Source: a virus (taxonomy: Duplodnaviria > Heunggongvirae > Uroviricota > Caudoviricetes). From it: 64,000 bases of DNA. The stretch covers positions 1-64,000 of the IMG/VR virus record IMGVR_UViG_3300017747_002194. One strand, written 5' to 3'. The notes beneath the pieces are model-generated. The model saw nothing but the letters and a program-made list of their open reading frames with translations. It did not search any database and had not been told where the DNA came from. This document shows, one piece after another, positions 9,298 to 18,777 of the stretch (its first letter is position 1; each line of letters begins with the position of its first letter). The position numbers were made by a program, and so were the translations under genes.

Positions 9298-9603
9298 ATG
9301 GAAGAGTTTAAACTACCTCAATATTGGAAAGTAAAGTGTGATGAATCTCAAGATAGTGTTTTAACAGATTATATAAATTCGTTAGGTGTATCAAGAAAAA
9401 AATATTATAAAGGCATAGGACATAATAATTGTGTTTATTGGTCTAATAAAGAGTTAATAGGAGATAAACATTATTCTTATAATGAATTTGAAACTCCAGG
9501 TATTACAGAAATCACATATGAACAATTTGAAGAATATGTATTAGGTATAAGTAATAAAGAAGATTCAGATTTAACTGAAATTTATAAAAAATTATTAGGA
9601 TGA
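9298..9603 (+). CDS. small paralog family member (type 2, LPxxW...ITYEQFEEYV domain) ending LTEIYKKLLG
   Basis: FKLPQYWKV...VLTDY...ITYEQFEEYVLGI. Confidence 0.7.
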   Translation: MEEFKLPQYWKVKCDESQDSVLTDYINSLGVSRKKYYKGIGHNNCVYWSNKELIGDKHYSYNEFETPGITEITYEQFEEYVLGISNKEDSDLTEIYKKLLG

Positions 9604-9911
9604 AAGAAAGATTTATATTGCCAGAAAAATGGTACATTGAAGGAGATTCTCATCGTAAAGATGCTAGAGAAGCATGGAATAGCTTGAATGTAGACAAAGG
9701 AGAGTCAGACAATTATGCTTTTTATAAAGGATGCTTTTATTTTTTAGATCTAACAGGTAACAAAGAATATACTACAGGAAAATTACCTGATGATTATATT
9801 GAAATAACACTTGATGATTTCTTAGAGTATGTCGTAGGTATAGCTCCAAATGTAGAAGTAAAAGAAGATCCTGAATTAAATGAAATACTTATTAAACTTT
9901 TAACTAGATGA
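9600..9911 (+). CDS. small paralog family member (type 2) ending LNEILIKLLTR
   Basis: FILPEKWYI...ITLDDFLEYVVGI. Confidence 0.65.
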   Translation: MKERFILPEKWYIEGDSHRKDAREAWNSLNVDKGESDNYAFYKGCFYFLDLTGNKEYTTGKLPDDYIEITLDDFLEYVVGIAPNVEVKEDPELNEILIKLLTR

Positions 9912-10120
9912 TAACAAAAGATAGAGTATTAGAAATTATCTCTAAAAGAGATCCAGGTGAATTAGAACAAATACATGTTATCTCTAGATATATCTTTGAT
10001 AAAACTGGAGAAGATATAACAGGTATAAGTATTAATCCACCACAAGATTATGGTATGTTTAATGTTATGTTACAGATGTACCAAGTTGCCAAACAATATT
10101 ATGGAAATGGAGAGAAATGA
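9908..10120 (+). CDS. hypothetical small protein
   Basis: 70-aa ORF; its stop overlaps the polymerase start. Confidence 0.45.
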   Translation: MITKDRVLEIISKRDPGELEQIHVISRYIFDKTGEDITGISINPPQDYGMFNVMLQMYQVAKQYYGNGEK

Positions 10121-12044
10121 AGTTGACATATTATTTAAAGAATTACAATCTACAGGGTATAAGAAATTATACTTTGTAGGTAATTCTGAAGTATTTGAAA
10201 GTACTTTATATGAAAAAGCAGATATAACACAATGTTCAGATTGGTTAGATAAAATACCTGAAGTTAACTTAGATACAGAGACTGAGGGAATGTTTAATCA
10301 TTCTAATAAGATAGTAATGCTTCAATTAAATTGGGGAAATACTAGCTATGTTATAGATGTAAGAACTATAGATATTTCTCCTCTTAAAAAGAGATTAGAA
10401 AAGATATTAGTAGTAGGTCAAAACTTAAAGTTTGATTATAAATTTTTAAAATTACATGGAATTGAATTAGATAATATTTATGATACATTGTTAGCAGAAT
10501 GTTGTATAACAAATGGTAAAGAAGATAGAGAATTAAATCTAAAAGCTTTAGCTTATAAATATTGTAAAATTGAATTAAATAAAGATGTTAGAAATCAATT
10601 TGTTAACTTAAATGGACAACCATTTACTGAAGCACAAATTGTGTATGGTGTAGGAGATGTTACTTGTTTAACTGAAATTAAAACTAAACAATTAGAATTA
10701 ATTAAACAATTAGATATAGTAGAATGGGTGAATAATGAAATGCAAGCTTGCTTACCATTAGCTGATATAGAGTATAATGGAATGGGCTTTGATAAAGAAG
10801 CTTGGTTAAAACTTGCAAATAAAGCAGAATTAAATGTAGTTAATTACACTGAGGAATTAGATGAGTTAACTAAACAAGAACCTAAATTAGCTAAATTTGT
10901 CAGACAAGAAGTTCAAGGTAACTTATTTGCTGATATAGATGAATCTTTTAGCCATGGTAGAGCTGTAGACATTAAATGGTCTAGTCCTACACAAATGGAT
11001 AAAGTATTCAAAGCTTTAGGTCTAGATATTGAAAAAACAGGTGAAAGATTTTTGACTAAGTATCAAAATGATTATCCTTTAGTTAAAAAATTTATTGACT
11101 ATAAGAAGCAGGCTAAATTAGTTACTACTTATGGTAAGAAATTTTTAAGTTATATAAACCCCACAACACAAAGAATTCATACTAGTTTTTGGCAAATATT
11201 AGATACTACAAGAGTATCTTCAGGAGATAAGTATTCTCCTAATATGCAAAATATTCCAGCTAAAATAGAATATAGAAATTGCTTTATTCCTAGAAAAGGG
11301 TATAAAATGGTTTCTTGTGATTTTAGTGGTCAGGAATTAAGATTAACAGCATTTGGTAGCAAAGAACCTTTATGGGTAGATGCCTTTAACAAAGGAGAGG
11401 ATTTACATTCTAATGTAGCTTCAATGGTATTTCATGTACCTTTAGACAATGTTAGAGATAAACCAGAATTTCTTAGAGGTAAATCTTATAGAGATGCTGC
11501 TAAAACTGTAAACTTTGGATTAGTTTATGGTATGTCAAAATTTAAATTAGCTGATACATTATCTATTGAAGTAGATGCTGCTGATATGATTATTAAAAAC
11601 TATTTTAAAGCTACTGTACAACTTAATAACTTCTTAGCAGGTTGTAGAGCTTATGGTATGAAATATGGCTATATAAGAAGCTTTGCTCCATATAAAATCA
11701 TTAGATATTTCCCTAAATGGAAGCCTGTTAAAGAGGCTATGGATTTCAAAGAAATAGGTTCAATAGAACGTGCTTCAATGAATACTCCTATTCAGGCTAG
11801 CGGTGGTCAAATGACTAAAAGAGCTTTAGTTAGATTAAGAAATTATATTAAAGCTAATAACTTACAAGAAAAGGTTTATATAGTTATGACTGTTCATGAT
11901 CAAATAGATTGTGAGGTTGAAGAATCATTTGTAAATGAATGGTCTTTAATTCAAAAAGAAATAATGGAATCTTCTGGTAGAGAAATAATTACTAATGTAC
12001 CAGTATTATCTGATATAACTATCAGTGATTGTTGGACTAAATAA
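10101..12044 (+). CDS. polA: DNA polymerase I-type (family A) with 3'-5' exonuclease domain
   Basis: Exo motifs LDTETEG and YDTLLAEC. Pol motif A is DFSGQELR, motif B is RDAAKTVNFGLVYG and motif C is VHDQIDCEV. The track begins at 10050, but the start is more plausibly ATG 10101 (MEMERNEV), overlapping the upstream stop. Confidence 0.9.
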   Translation: MEMERNEVDILFKELQSTGYKKLYFVGNSEVFESTLYEKADITQCSDWLDKIPEVNLDTETEGMFNHSNKIVMLQLNWGNTSYVIDVRTIDISPLKKRLEKILVVGQNLKFDYKFLKLHGIELDNIYDTLLAECCITNGKEDRELNLKALAYKYCKIELNKDVRNQFVNLNGQPFTEAQIVYGVGDVTCLTEIKTKQLELIKQLDIVEWVNNEMQACLPLADIEYNGMGFDKEAWLKLANKAELNVVNYTEELDELTKQEPKLAKFVRQEVQGNLFADIDESFSHGRAVDIKWSSPTQMDKVFKALGLDIEKTGERFLTKYQNDYPLVKKFIDYKKQAKLVTTYGKKFLSYINPTTQRIHTSFWQILDTTRVSSGDKYSPNMQNIPAKIEYRNCFIPRKGYKMVSCDFSGQELRLTAFGSKEPLWVDAFNKGEDLHSNVASMVFHVPLDNVRDKPEFLRGKSYRDAAKTVNFGLVYGMSKFKLADTLSIEVDAADMIIKNYFKATVQLNNFLAGCRAYGMKYGYIRSFAPYKIIRYFPKWKPVKEAMDFKEIGSIERASMNTPIQASGGQMTKRALVRLRNYIKANNLQEKVYIVMTVHDQIDCEVEESFVNEWSLIQKEIMESSGREIITNVPVLSDITISDCWTK

Positions 12045-12070
12045 TAAAAATCAATTAACATTATTTTAAT

Positions 12071-12370
12071 ATGAATGAAGAATATAATATAGGAGATTGG
12101 ATTTATATAATTAGAGCTCAGGGTGGAGCTTATGGTGCTAATAATGAGTATGCTAAAATTGTTGAAAATACTTTATCAAATGTTTCAGGTTGCGAACATG
12201 GTCTTTGTGTTCAAGTATATCCATCTAAACGTATTTGGCGTATAGGTAATATTTTTGAAGCTAGACGTGCTTTAGAACATGAAATAAGAGAATTTTTATT
12301 TATGGATGATGATTATAAAGAAGACACATCTTACTTAATACCAATATTAACTAAACATCAATTAATATGA
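12071..12370 (+). CDS. small paralog family member (type 3, SH3/KOW-like N-terminus) ending EDTSYLIPILTKHQLI
   Basis: IGDWIYII...; conserved tail. Confidence 0.65.
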   Translation: MNEEYNIGDWIYIIRAQGGAYGANNEYAKIVENTLSNVSGCEHGLCVQVYPSKRIWRIGNIFEARRALEHEIREFLFMDDDYKEDTSYLIPILTKHQLI

Positions 12371-12678
12371 AAGAAAAATATATACCTAAAGTAGGTGATA
12401 CTGTTAAATTACTTAAATCTAAGGTTAACTGGGCTACAGATGAAGAATGTGGAGATGGTGAAATATCTATGGATGCTATTTTAGAACAGACTCCTATTGT
12501 AATTATTACTGCAGTTGAAGATGATGAATATAGTGATGGGGAATATAATATAAGATTTGATAATGATGGTGGTTGGCAATGGACTACTGCTAATAAACAT
12601 TTTAAATTGTATAAACCAACTATTAAATCTAATAAATCCCACAATAAAGCACTTATAAAATTATTAAAAAATGTTTAG
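12367..12678 (+). CDS. small paralog family member (type 3 variant) ending ALIKLLKNV
   Basis: VGDTVKLLKS...; weaker tail. Confidence 0.55.
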   Translation: MKEKYIPKVGDTVKLLKSKVNWATDEECGDGEISMDAILEQTPIVIITAVEDDEYSDGEYNIRFDNDGGWQWTTANKHFKLYKPTIKSNKSHNKALIKLLKNV

Positions 12679-13237
12679 AAAAGATGAATATATAATTACA
12701 CTAGAATTAGATAGTTATACAGATGTTTGTGCTAAAGAAAACTATTGTTTTAAAGTAGAAAGAGAAGATGATTATTTAACTATGTACGTAGATTTAGAAG
12801 GAATCTCTAATGGACATTCAGTTTTAACATTTGATAAATCAAGAAGATTGAAAGACTGGCGTTATGCTACTCCCGAAGAAATTGAAGAATATGAAAGATT
12901 AGGTAAACCATATGATGTAACTACATTAAATCAATTTGTATTACCTAAGAAATGGTGGCTTAAAATTACTACAAATGAACAAGATACTGTATTAACTGAC
13001 TATTGTAATCAAAAATTTAGTACTCAAACAGGACCTATAGGTAGTAGATTAACTCAACCTATTTTTTATTATAGTGAGAAAATAGGACACTTATGTTGGA
13101 CTGTTGGAGAGAATAGAGCTGATGAATCATTTACTGAAATAACCTATTCTCAATTTCTTAAATATGTGTTAAATCAACCTGAAGTTGCAGATAATTATTC
13201 ATATTTAATACCTATGATTGAAAAACTAAATAACTAA
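12671..13237 (+). CDS. two-domain fusion of type-1 (RYATPEEIEEY) and type-2 (LPKKWWL...ITYSQFLKYVLNQ) modules, ending YSYLIPMIEKLNN
   Basis: Both sub-family signatures occur in one 188-aa ORF. Confidence 0.7.
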   Translation: MFRKDEYIITLELDSYTDVCAKENYCFKVEREDDYLTMYVDLEGISNGHSVLTFDKSRRLKDWRYATPEEIEEYERLGKPYDVTTLNQFVLPKKWWLKITTNEQDTVLTDYCNQKFSTQTGPIGSRLTQPIFYYSEKIGHLCWTVGENRADESFTEITYSQFLKYVLNQPEVADNYSYLIPMIEKLNN

Positions 13238-13239
13238 CT

Positions 13240-13521
13240 ATGGAAGAAAAATGCCAATATGTAAAAGTTACAAGAAATTCAGGTTCTCCTGGGGCTTGGT
13301 TTAACGATAAAATAGGATTATGTCTTAAAGTAAATTTAAAACCAAAATCATCTAAAGTATATAGAGTTATAGGATATACTTGCAATAATTATGATTATGT
13401 ATTTATTGATTTTAATTTTTGTGAATTAATTGACAAAAAAGAATATGAGGTATATTGGAATTTATATAAAGAAGACACTTCATATCTTATTAATCTACTA
13501 ACTAAACATGGTATAACATGA
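13240..13521 (+). CDS. small paralog family member (type 3) ending EDTSYLINLLTKHGIT
   Basis: Tail near-identical to that of 12071. Confidence 0.65.
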   Translation: MEEKCQYVKVTRNSGSPGAWFNDKIGLCLKVNLKPKSSKVYRVIGYTCNNYDYVFIDFNFCELIDKKEYEVYWNLYKEDTSYLINLLTKHGIT

Positions 13522-13847
13522 AAGAAGAATATGTATTTCCTGAAAAATGGCAAATAAAAATAACTAAAGAAAATTTTGATATTATTTCAAAATACTATTC
13601 TATAGTAGATCCTTGTTATAAGGATAATGATTGTATTGGTCATATTATAAGATCTCATAATAATCTTTATGAACCAGTAGAAAAAGGAAGTTCACAGTCT
13701 TTTTTAGGCTTTGATCCTATGTTTACAACTATTACTACCGAACAATTTATAGAATATGTTTTAAACCAAAGAGTTTATACACCTAATAAACCTGAAAATT
13801 ATGATTATTTAATTCCTTTAATTAAAGAACTAGACAATGGAAATTAG
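13518..13847 (+). CDS. small paralog family member (type 2) ending YDYLIPLIKELDNGN
   Basis: FPEKWQIKI...TTEQFIEYVLNQ. Confidence 0.7.
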   Translation: MKEEYVFPEKWQIKITKENFDIISKYYSIVDPCYKDNDCIGHIIRSHNNLYEPVEKGSSQSFLGFDPMFTTITTEQFIEYVLNQRVYTPNKPENYDYLIPLIKELDNGN

Positions 13848-14283
13848 AGAAGGTATAAGATATCAATATAACCATAATAAATTTGCAAGAATTCATCAAT
13901 CAAAAGAAAATTTAAATCATTTTTATGCGATATTTGAAGAGGATTACTCACATTGTTGTGATTATGACAGTGAATCTTGGGTAAAAGATTTTAAATCTAG
14001 TGATTTAAAATTAGTTGAATATCCCTATCAATTAGGAGATTGGATTTATTGTATAAATGATAAATTTTCCTGTGGTAGTCCTAAAATTACACAAATTACT
14101 AGAATTACACATCATGGAAATACTCAAATATATATTAATAATGAAAGTACTTACTTAAATATTATTGATTTTAATGCTTGCTATAGACCTTGTTTTAAAG
14201 AAGAGATTCCTTATGAACAAGTAATTAAAGAAGATTTGAAATATTTAATACCTTTTATTAATAAATTAAACAATTATGGCTAA
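13837..14283 (+). CDS. small paralog family member (type 3) ending LKYLIPFINKLNNYG
   Basis: LGDWIYCIND...; conserved tail. Confidence 0.65.
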   Translation: MEIREGIRYQYNHNKFARIHQSKENLNHFYAIFEEDYSHCCDYDSESWVKDFKSSDLKLVEYPYQLGDWIYCINDKFSCGSPKITQITRITHHGNTQIYINNESTYLNIIDFNACYRPCFKEEIPYEQVIKEDLKYLIPFINKLNNYG

Positions 14284-14590
14284 AGGAACATGTTATAAAC
14301 CAGGGGACATTGTAATTGTTAAATCTGGAAAACAAGGAGGTATGGGTAATGGTATATCTCAAGATAATCAAGAAGCAGAAATAGTAGATTACGATGAATT
14401 TAATAAGCATCGAAGTACATCAGGTTTAATAGATGATATGCATGAAAATATGTATATTGTTAAATTTGAGTATAAAGGTTTTACACATTATCGTAGAATT
14501 ACTGAAGATCATATAATTAAAAACCTTTATAACTCTCCTGAAGATATGTCCTATTTAATTAAATTTATGCAAGATAAGGAGGTAATATGA
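14276..14590 (+). CDS. small paralog family member (type 3) ending MSYLIKFMQDKEVI
   Basis: PGDIVIVKSGKQGG...; tail variant. Confidence 0.6.
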   Translation: MAKGTCYKPGDIVIVKSGKQGGMGNGISQDNQEAEIVDYDEFNKHRSTSGLIDDMHENMYIVKFEYKGFTHYRRITEDHIIKNLYNSPEDMSYLIKFMQDKEVI

Positions 14591-15684
14591 TAATGGAATG
14601 TGTGTATTGTACTTCTGAAGAAGAGTATCTTATTGTAGAAAAACATATTAATTATACTTTTCATGCTAGATTTGAAAAAGGTAGATATGAATGTATTTAT
14701 TGGAAAGATAATTGTCATGGATCTTATGATAGTGCTTTAAAAACAAAAGATATAATATTTACTTTTGAAGAATGGTGTAAAATAAATAATATAAATCAAA
14801 TAACAAATAAACAAACAAGTATGATTGAACAATTAAAAAATGTCTTAAGTGTGACTTATGATAATCCAATTTTAAGAAGAACAACAGTTCCTTTATTTAT
14901 GTCTAATCCTGGCTTAGGTAAATCTACTATTATTAAAGAATTTGCTGCTAGCAGAGGTGTTAAAATGGTTAAGATGACTCTTAGTACTAGAATGCCTAAT
15001 GAAGTAACTGGTATGACAATGCCTGATTTAGTTAATGATAGATTAGTCTTATTAGACAGTCATCAGTTAACAGCATTAGAAGATGGTGATATTTTATTTA
15101 TTGATGAGGTATTTAATGGTACTTTAAAGCAAACTTTAGATGCTTTCTTAAATTTCTTAGAAGATAGAATGTTACTTTCAGGTAAAAAATTAGCAGATGT
15201 GCTAATTGTTGCTGCTAGTAATCCTCAAGGATTAATTAACATTACTCCACAGATTAAACAACGTTTTATTAGATATGATTTAAAATTCAGTCCAGTTGAA
15301 TTTGAAGATTATTTAAAGTATAAGTTTGGTATGCCTGAATCTATTTCAAAAAATATCTCTATTGCTATCAATAAAGAGAAATTTGAACAAGAGCATTGGG
15401 AATATGTTACTCCTAGAAGTATGGAAAAAGCAATTAACCAAATTGGATGTGGTCTAGAGAATCCACATGATACATTATTAATGCCTTTCTTAACTAAAGA
15501 AATCGAAGCTCCAATTGATATTGCTGCTTTAAATGTGAAAAAAGGTGAAAATGTAGAATATCTTAAACTATTAAAACTTTTTGTTCAAAAGAATAATAAG
15601 GATATTATAGAGAAAGAAGCTGAAGAAGCTAAATCAAAAGTAAAACCCCAAAAATCAACTGGTAAAAAGCTAGTTGAAGCATAA
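14587..15684 (+). CDS. MoxR/CobS-like AAA+ ATPase (AAA_5 type) with Cys-rich N-terminus
   Basis: Walker A NPGLGKST, Walker B ILFIDEVF, then ...VLIVAASNP. N-terminal C-x2-C ... C-x6-C-H. Confidence 0.75.
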   Translation: MIMECVYCTSEEEYLIVEKHINYTFHARFEKGRYECIYWKDNCHGSYDSALKTKDIIFTFEEWCKINNINQITNKQTSMIEQLKNVLSVTYDNPILRRTTVPLFMSNPGLGKSTIIKEFAASRGVKMVKMTLSTRMPNEVTGMTMPDLVNDRLVLLDSHQLTALEDGDILFIDEVFNGTLKQTLDAFLNFLEDRMLLSGKKLADVLIVAASNPQGLINITPQIKQRFIRYDLKFSPVEFEDYLKYKFGMPESISKNISIAINKEKFEQEHWEYVTPRSMEKAINQIGCGLENPHDTLLMPFLTKEIEAPIDIAALNVKKGENVEYLKLLKLFVQKNNKDIIEKEAEEAKSKVKPQKSTGKKLVEA

Positions 15685-15702
15685 CAACCAAAACCCTAAC
15701 AA

Positions 15703-16653
15703 ATGATTCAAAAAATCACAAGTAAAAGAGTAGAGTTGCCAGTGGTATACTTAGTAGAAACTCAAGAAGACTTTGAACAGCTTCCTAAGGGTCTACCGTA
15801 TATTATTGGTACGCAAGCAGAACTAGGATTTATCACTACGTTCTTAGAATTTCAAGTTTTATTAAAATCTTGTCAAAAAACCTTATTACCTATTAAATGG
15901 TTAGATTGTCTAACTAGAATAGGTTTTGGTACTAGTCAAGTTAAAACTTATCAATTAAAATCAGGAGGAACGTACCATGCTAGTAGTACAGGTTCTTCTA
16001 ATTATAACCTAGCAATTGATGACTTTGTCACAGATCAATATTTTGTTGATTTTGATAAGTTAGCAGAATTAAAAATATTACCAGTTTGGTTAGATGATTT
16101 AAAAACTGCTATTGAGACAAACATTATTGATGAAGTAACCTTTGACCCCACAGCTTTTAATAAGCAATTAGGAATGAATGTAGGAGCGTCTGGTGTGAAA
16201 CACAATTTGAAAAATCTATTAATTTTAGATATTTCTAGTTCAATGCCAAAATCAGTAGTTTTAACAATTACTAACTTAGCTAAGTTAATGTCGAAGAAAT
16301 TCTATGCTGACGTAATATTAACAGGGGTAAGAAGTTACTTAATTGATTATGAAGATGTACCTAAAACTGACATTGTTGGAGCTGTAAGTGAATACGGTGG
16401 AGGTAATGAAGGTGAAATGTATGTTAAAATCATTAAGGAACCTCGTGAGTACAATACAGTAATTTCTTTTGGAGATAATGATAGTCCAGAGTACTATTTT
16501 GACAAAGGAGATAAATGTAATTTTAAAGTACAGACACTTTATTCATTACATACTGAAGGTAATCGCACTAGTAATGTTACTGGTTATGCAAGATGTTTCA
16601 AACCTACAACTACACATATTGTGAAGGACTGGGTTTCGACAATTAACAAATAA
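15703..16653 (+). CDS. von Willebrand factor A (vWA) domain protein, CobT-like partner of the AAA+ ATPase
   Basis: MIDAS-like LLILDISSSM (D-x-S-x-S) and its position immediately after the MoxR-like ATPase. Confidence 0.6.
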   Translation: MIQKITSKRVELPVVYLVETQEDFEQLPKGLPYIIGTQAELGFITTFLEFQVLLKSCQKTLLPIKWLDCLTRIGFGTSQVKTYQLKSGGTYHASSTGSSNYNLAIDDFVTDQYFVDFDKLAELKILPVWLDDLKTAIETNIIDEVTFDPTAFNKQLGMNVGASGVKHNLKNLLILDISSSMPKSVVLTITNLAKLMSKKFYADVILTGVRSYLIDYEDVPKTDIVGAVSEYGGGNEGEMYVKIIKEPREYNTVISFGDNDSPEYYFDKGDKCNFKVQTLYSLHTEGNRTSNVTGYARCFKPTTTHIVKDWVSTINK

Positions 16654-16690
16654 ATATCAATAAACAATAAACAATTAAAAAACAATTAAC

Positions 16691-17182
16691 ATGGAATTTT
16701 TAGAATTAAAAGATTTAGAATTAAACAAAGCAGGATACTTAGTAAGTAAAGCTTCAAAAAAACCAGTAACACATGCAGCATTTGTTGCTGAGCAAAATAA
16801 TGCTCACTACACTGTAGAATTAGCTAAGGCTATTAAAGGTAAAACTTTTAAATGCGGTAAAACTGATGATTTAGATGCTATTAAGAAAGAAGTAATGGCT
16901 GCAATCAATGCTAAATCTATTAAGGAGTTTGTAGCAACTCCAGAAAAACCAGTAAGCAAAGTTAACGATGAGTTAGTTAAATTTGCATTAGATTTTGATA
17001 AATACAATGATCAAAAATCTGAAGTAGCTAAAATCAACTCTATCATGGCAGAATTCTCTACTATTGATGGTGTAGAAACAGTTGGAGATTATTTCTCTGA
17101 AGGTTTAGTAAAATTAAACAAGATTTATTCTTGTGCTGAAATTTTAGCTGCTGTTCAAGCAACTGCTGAAACTTTAAAATAG
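16691..17182 (+). CDS. hypothetical protein
   Basis: 163 aa; no motif. Confidence 0.55.
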   Translation: MEFLELKDLELNKAGYLVSKASKKPVTHAAFVAEQNNAHYTVELAKAIKGKTFKCGKTDDLDAIKKEVMAAINAKSIKEFVATPEKPVSKVNDELVKFALDFDKYNDQKSEVAKINSIMAEFSTIDGVETVGDYFSEGLVKLNKIYSCAEILAAVQATAETLK

Positions 17183-17196
17183 TAAATTAAATAAAT

Positions 17197-17263
17197 AATA
17201 GGTGCTCGGCATAATCAGCGTTGGGAGTTAAATGAAGGAATTGTGGAATTCAGCCTATTATTT
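17197..17263 (+). ncRNA. structured intergenic element, family copy B
   Basis: Starts AATAGGTGC and ends CAGCCTATTATTT (termini inverted-complementary). The internal GGGAGTTAAATGAAGGA matches copy C, and a T-run follows. Confidence 0.35.
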
Positions 17264-17280
17264 ATTTTAAATTTAATTAA

Positions 17281-18024
17281 ATGAAAGAACATTTTGAGAA
17301 TTCGATTGAATTATTAAAAAAACAACAAATTAATGGTTGTATTACAGGTTCCTGTATGCTTGAGTTCAATGAAAGTTGGAATCAAGACATAGATTTATTT
17401 GTATATGACAAAGCTAGTTTTACTAAAATACTTTGGTTTATGTATTATAATCCAATGTTTACTATTTTAGATCCACTAGAGAATCATAAATTTAAGGATT
17501 TTGTTGATAATGATAAATCATCATTAGAACAACTTGGCTTAATCACAATAAAATTTAAATATAATTTACTAATTGATGTAAATGTTATTTATAAAAAGTT
17601 TAATAAAACATGTTTTGATGTAATCAGTAATTTTGATTTAGATCTAATAGCTACTGCTTATGATATTAAAACAGGTAAAACAATCTCTCTTAGAGAATCA
17701 ACAGGATTAGTAGGTACTTGGAATAAGTGGAATCCAACATTTTATCAGAATGAGTTCTGGTCTACTAAAAGACTATTAAGACAGTTTGAACGTGTAATTA
17801 AATACACAGAAAGAGGTTATGATTTAAGCTCTGTAACAGATAAATATATATCTATTGTAGAAGAAATCATTCAATCAGAGAACTTTTATAAAACAGAAAA
17901 AGGAACAAAATACTTTGAAGATAATATTGAAACCTTTGAAGTAGTATTAAAAATATTACAGGAGTGGAAGAAAGAACAAAAAATAACTCCTGTCCAATTA
18001 CTAACGTTAAAAACCTTAATATAA
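17281..18024 (+). CDS. putative Pol-beta-superfamily nucleotidyltransferase
   Basis: ITGSCMLEFNESWNQDIDLFV fits the hG[GS]x(9-13)Dh[DE]h signature. Confidence 0.45.
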   Translation: MKEHFENSIELLKKQQINGCITGSCMLEFNESWNQDIDLFVYDKASFTKILWFMYYNPMFTILDPLENHKFKDFVDNDKSSLEQLGLITIKFKYNLLIDVNVIYKKFNKTCFDVISNFDLDLIATAYDIKTGKTISLRESTGLVGTWNKWNPTFYQNEFWSTKRLLRQFERVIKYTERGYDLSSVTDKYISIVEEIIQSENFYKTEKGTKYFEDNIETFEVVLKILQEWKKEQKITPVQLLTLKTLI

Positions 18025-18206
18025 TGGGTAATGAACTAGATAACCTCCTTGAGGAATTAAGAAGAATGAAAAGAGATGTCCCTAATTTTAATGCTAAAAC
18101 AGTTTGGGAAGGGATTGCACAAAGAAAAGATTTCTCAGAAATGGGATTTACATCATTGGAAGAATTTGAACAATGGATTTCAGATAACCCATATGCTAAC
18201 CTTTAA
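18024..18206 (+). CDS. hypothetical small protein
   Basis: The track ORF 17964-18206 overlaps the previous gene; a TAATG coupling at 18022-18026 makes M at 18024 (MGNELDNLL) the likely start. Confidence 0.45.
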   Translation: MGNELDNLLEELRRMKRDVPNFNAKTVWEGIAQRKDFSEMGFTSLEEFEQWISDNPYANL

Positions 18207-18216
18207 TATTTAAATT

Positions 18217-18477
18217 ATGTCAGATATTAAAAATTTTATAGAAGAAAATAATATTTCTTTTGCTGAAGGTGAAAGAAATACATCAGTTGTAACTTTAATT
18301 GGTTATGCACAACATTTGAAACTAACTAAATCTGAATTTAGAGGAGAGTTAGCACAAGAAATTAAAGATGATATGTTTATTGGAGAAGAGATTGAAAGAC
18401 TTTGGGATTATTGTGTAACTAAAAAGTATAAAAACTTTTGGAAAAAACAAGAAGCTAAATTACAATACACATTTTAA
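18217..18477 (+). CDS. hypothetical protein
   Basis: 86 aa. Confidence 0.5.
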   Translation: MSDIKNFIEENNISFAEGERNTSVVTLIGYAQHLKLTKSEFRGELAQEIKDDMFIGEEIERLWDYCVTKKYKNFWKKQEAKLQYTF

Positions 18478-18480
18478 ATT

Positions 18481-18777
18481 ATGATAATAGAACCTAGACA
18501 TTCAACTCTTTTTTTAGATTTTAAAAAATATGCAAATGTGTGTAGTAGTAAAAATCCTAAACTTATTGGTTATGTAGCAATTAATAATGGTGTTATAGAA
18601 ATTACTAGAGAAAAAACTAAAGATGGTAAGTTATGGGTTGTAAAGGTTGTAAAAAGTGATAAATACAATTCTGATTTATCTAAAAAGTTTAGAACATATA
18701 ATGAAATAAAACCTTATATAAGAGAATTAAACTATGAAGATACTTCTCAATTAGTCTCACTATTAAATAATTTATAA
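18481..18777 (+). CDS. divergent member of the small paralog family, ending YEDTSQLVSLLNNL
   Basis: C-terminal tail resembles EDTSYLIxLL. Confidence 0.5.
   Translation: MIIEPRHSTLFLDFKKYANVCSSKNPKLIGYVAINNGVIEITREKTKDGKLWVVKVVKSDKYNSDLSKKFRTYNEIKPYIRELNYEDTSQLVSLLNNL

Noticed and set aside
10050-10100. Track start of the DNA polymerase at 10050 (MVCLMLCYRC...)
   Set aside because: It would overlap the preceding gene by 70 nt in another frame. ATG 10101 (MEMERNEV) gives the usual short overlap and precedes the conserved exo domain.
12351-12644. 97-aa minus-strand ORF, and similar antisense ORFs at 81-281, 5540-5854, 6096-6317, 7331-7567, 16807-17007, 26550-26811, 29845-30126, 33368-33655, 39544-39753, 44081-44311 and 45550-45744
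   Set aside because: Each lies entirely inside a longer, motif-supported ORF on the opposite strand within tightly co-oriented operons. Their hydrophobic/low-complexity composition is typical of shadow frames in AT-rich DNA.
17964-18023. Track start at 17964 for the 80-aa ORF
   Set aside because: It overlaps the NTase gene end; the TAATG junction at 18022-18026 indicates a coupled start at 18024.
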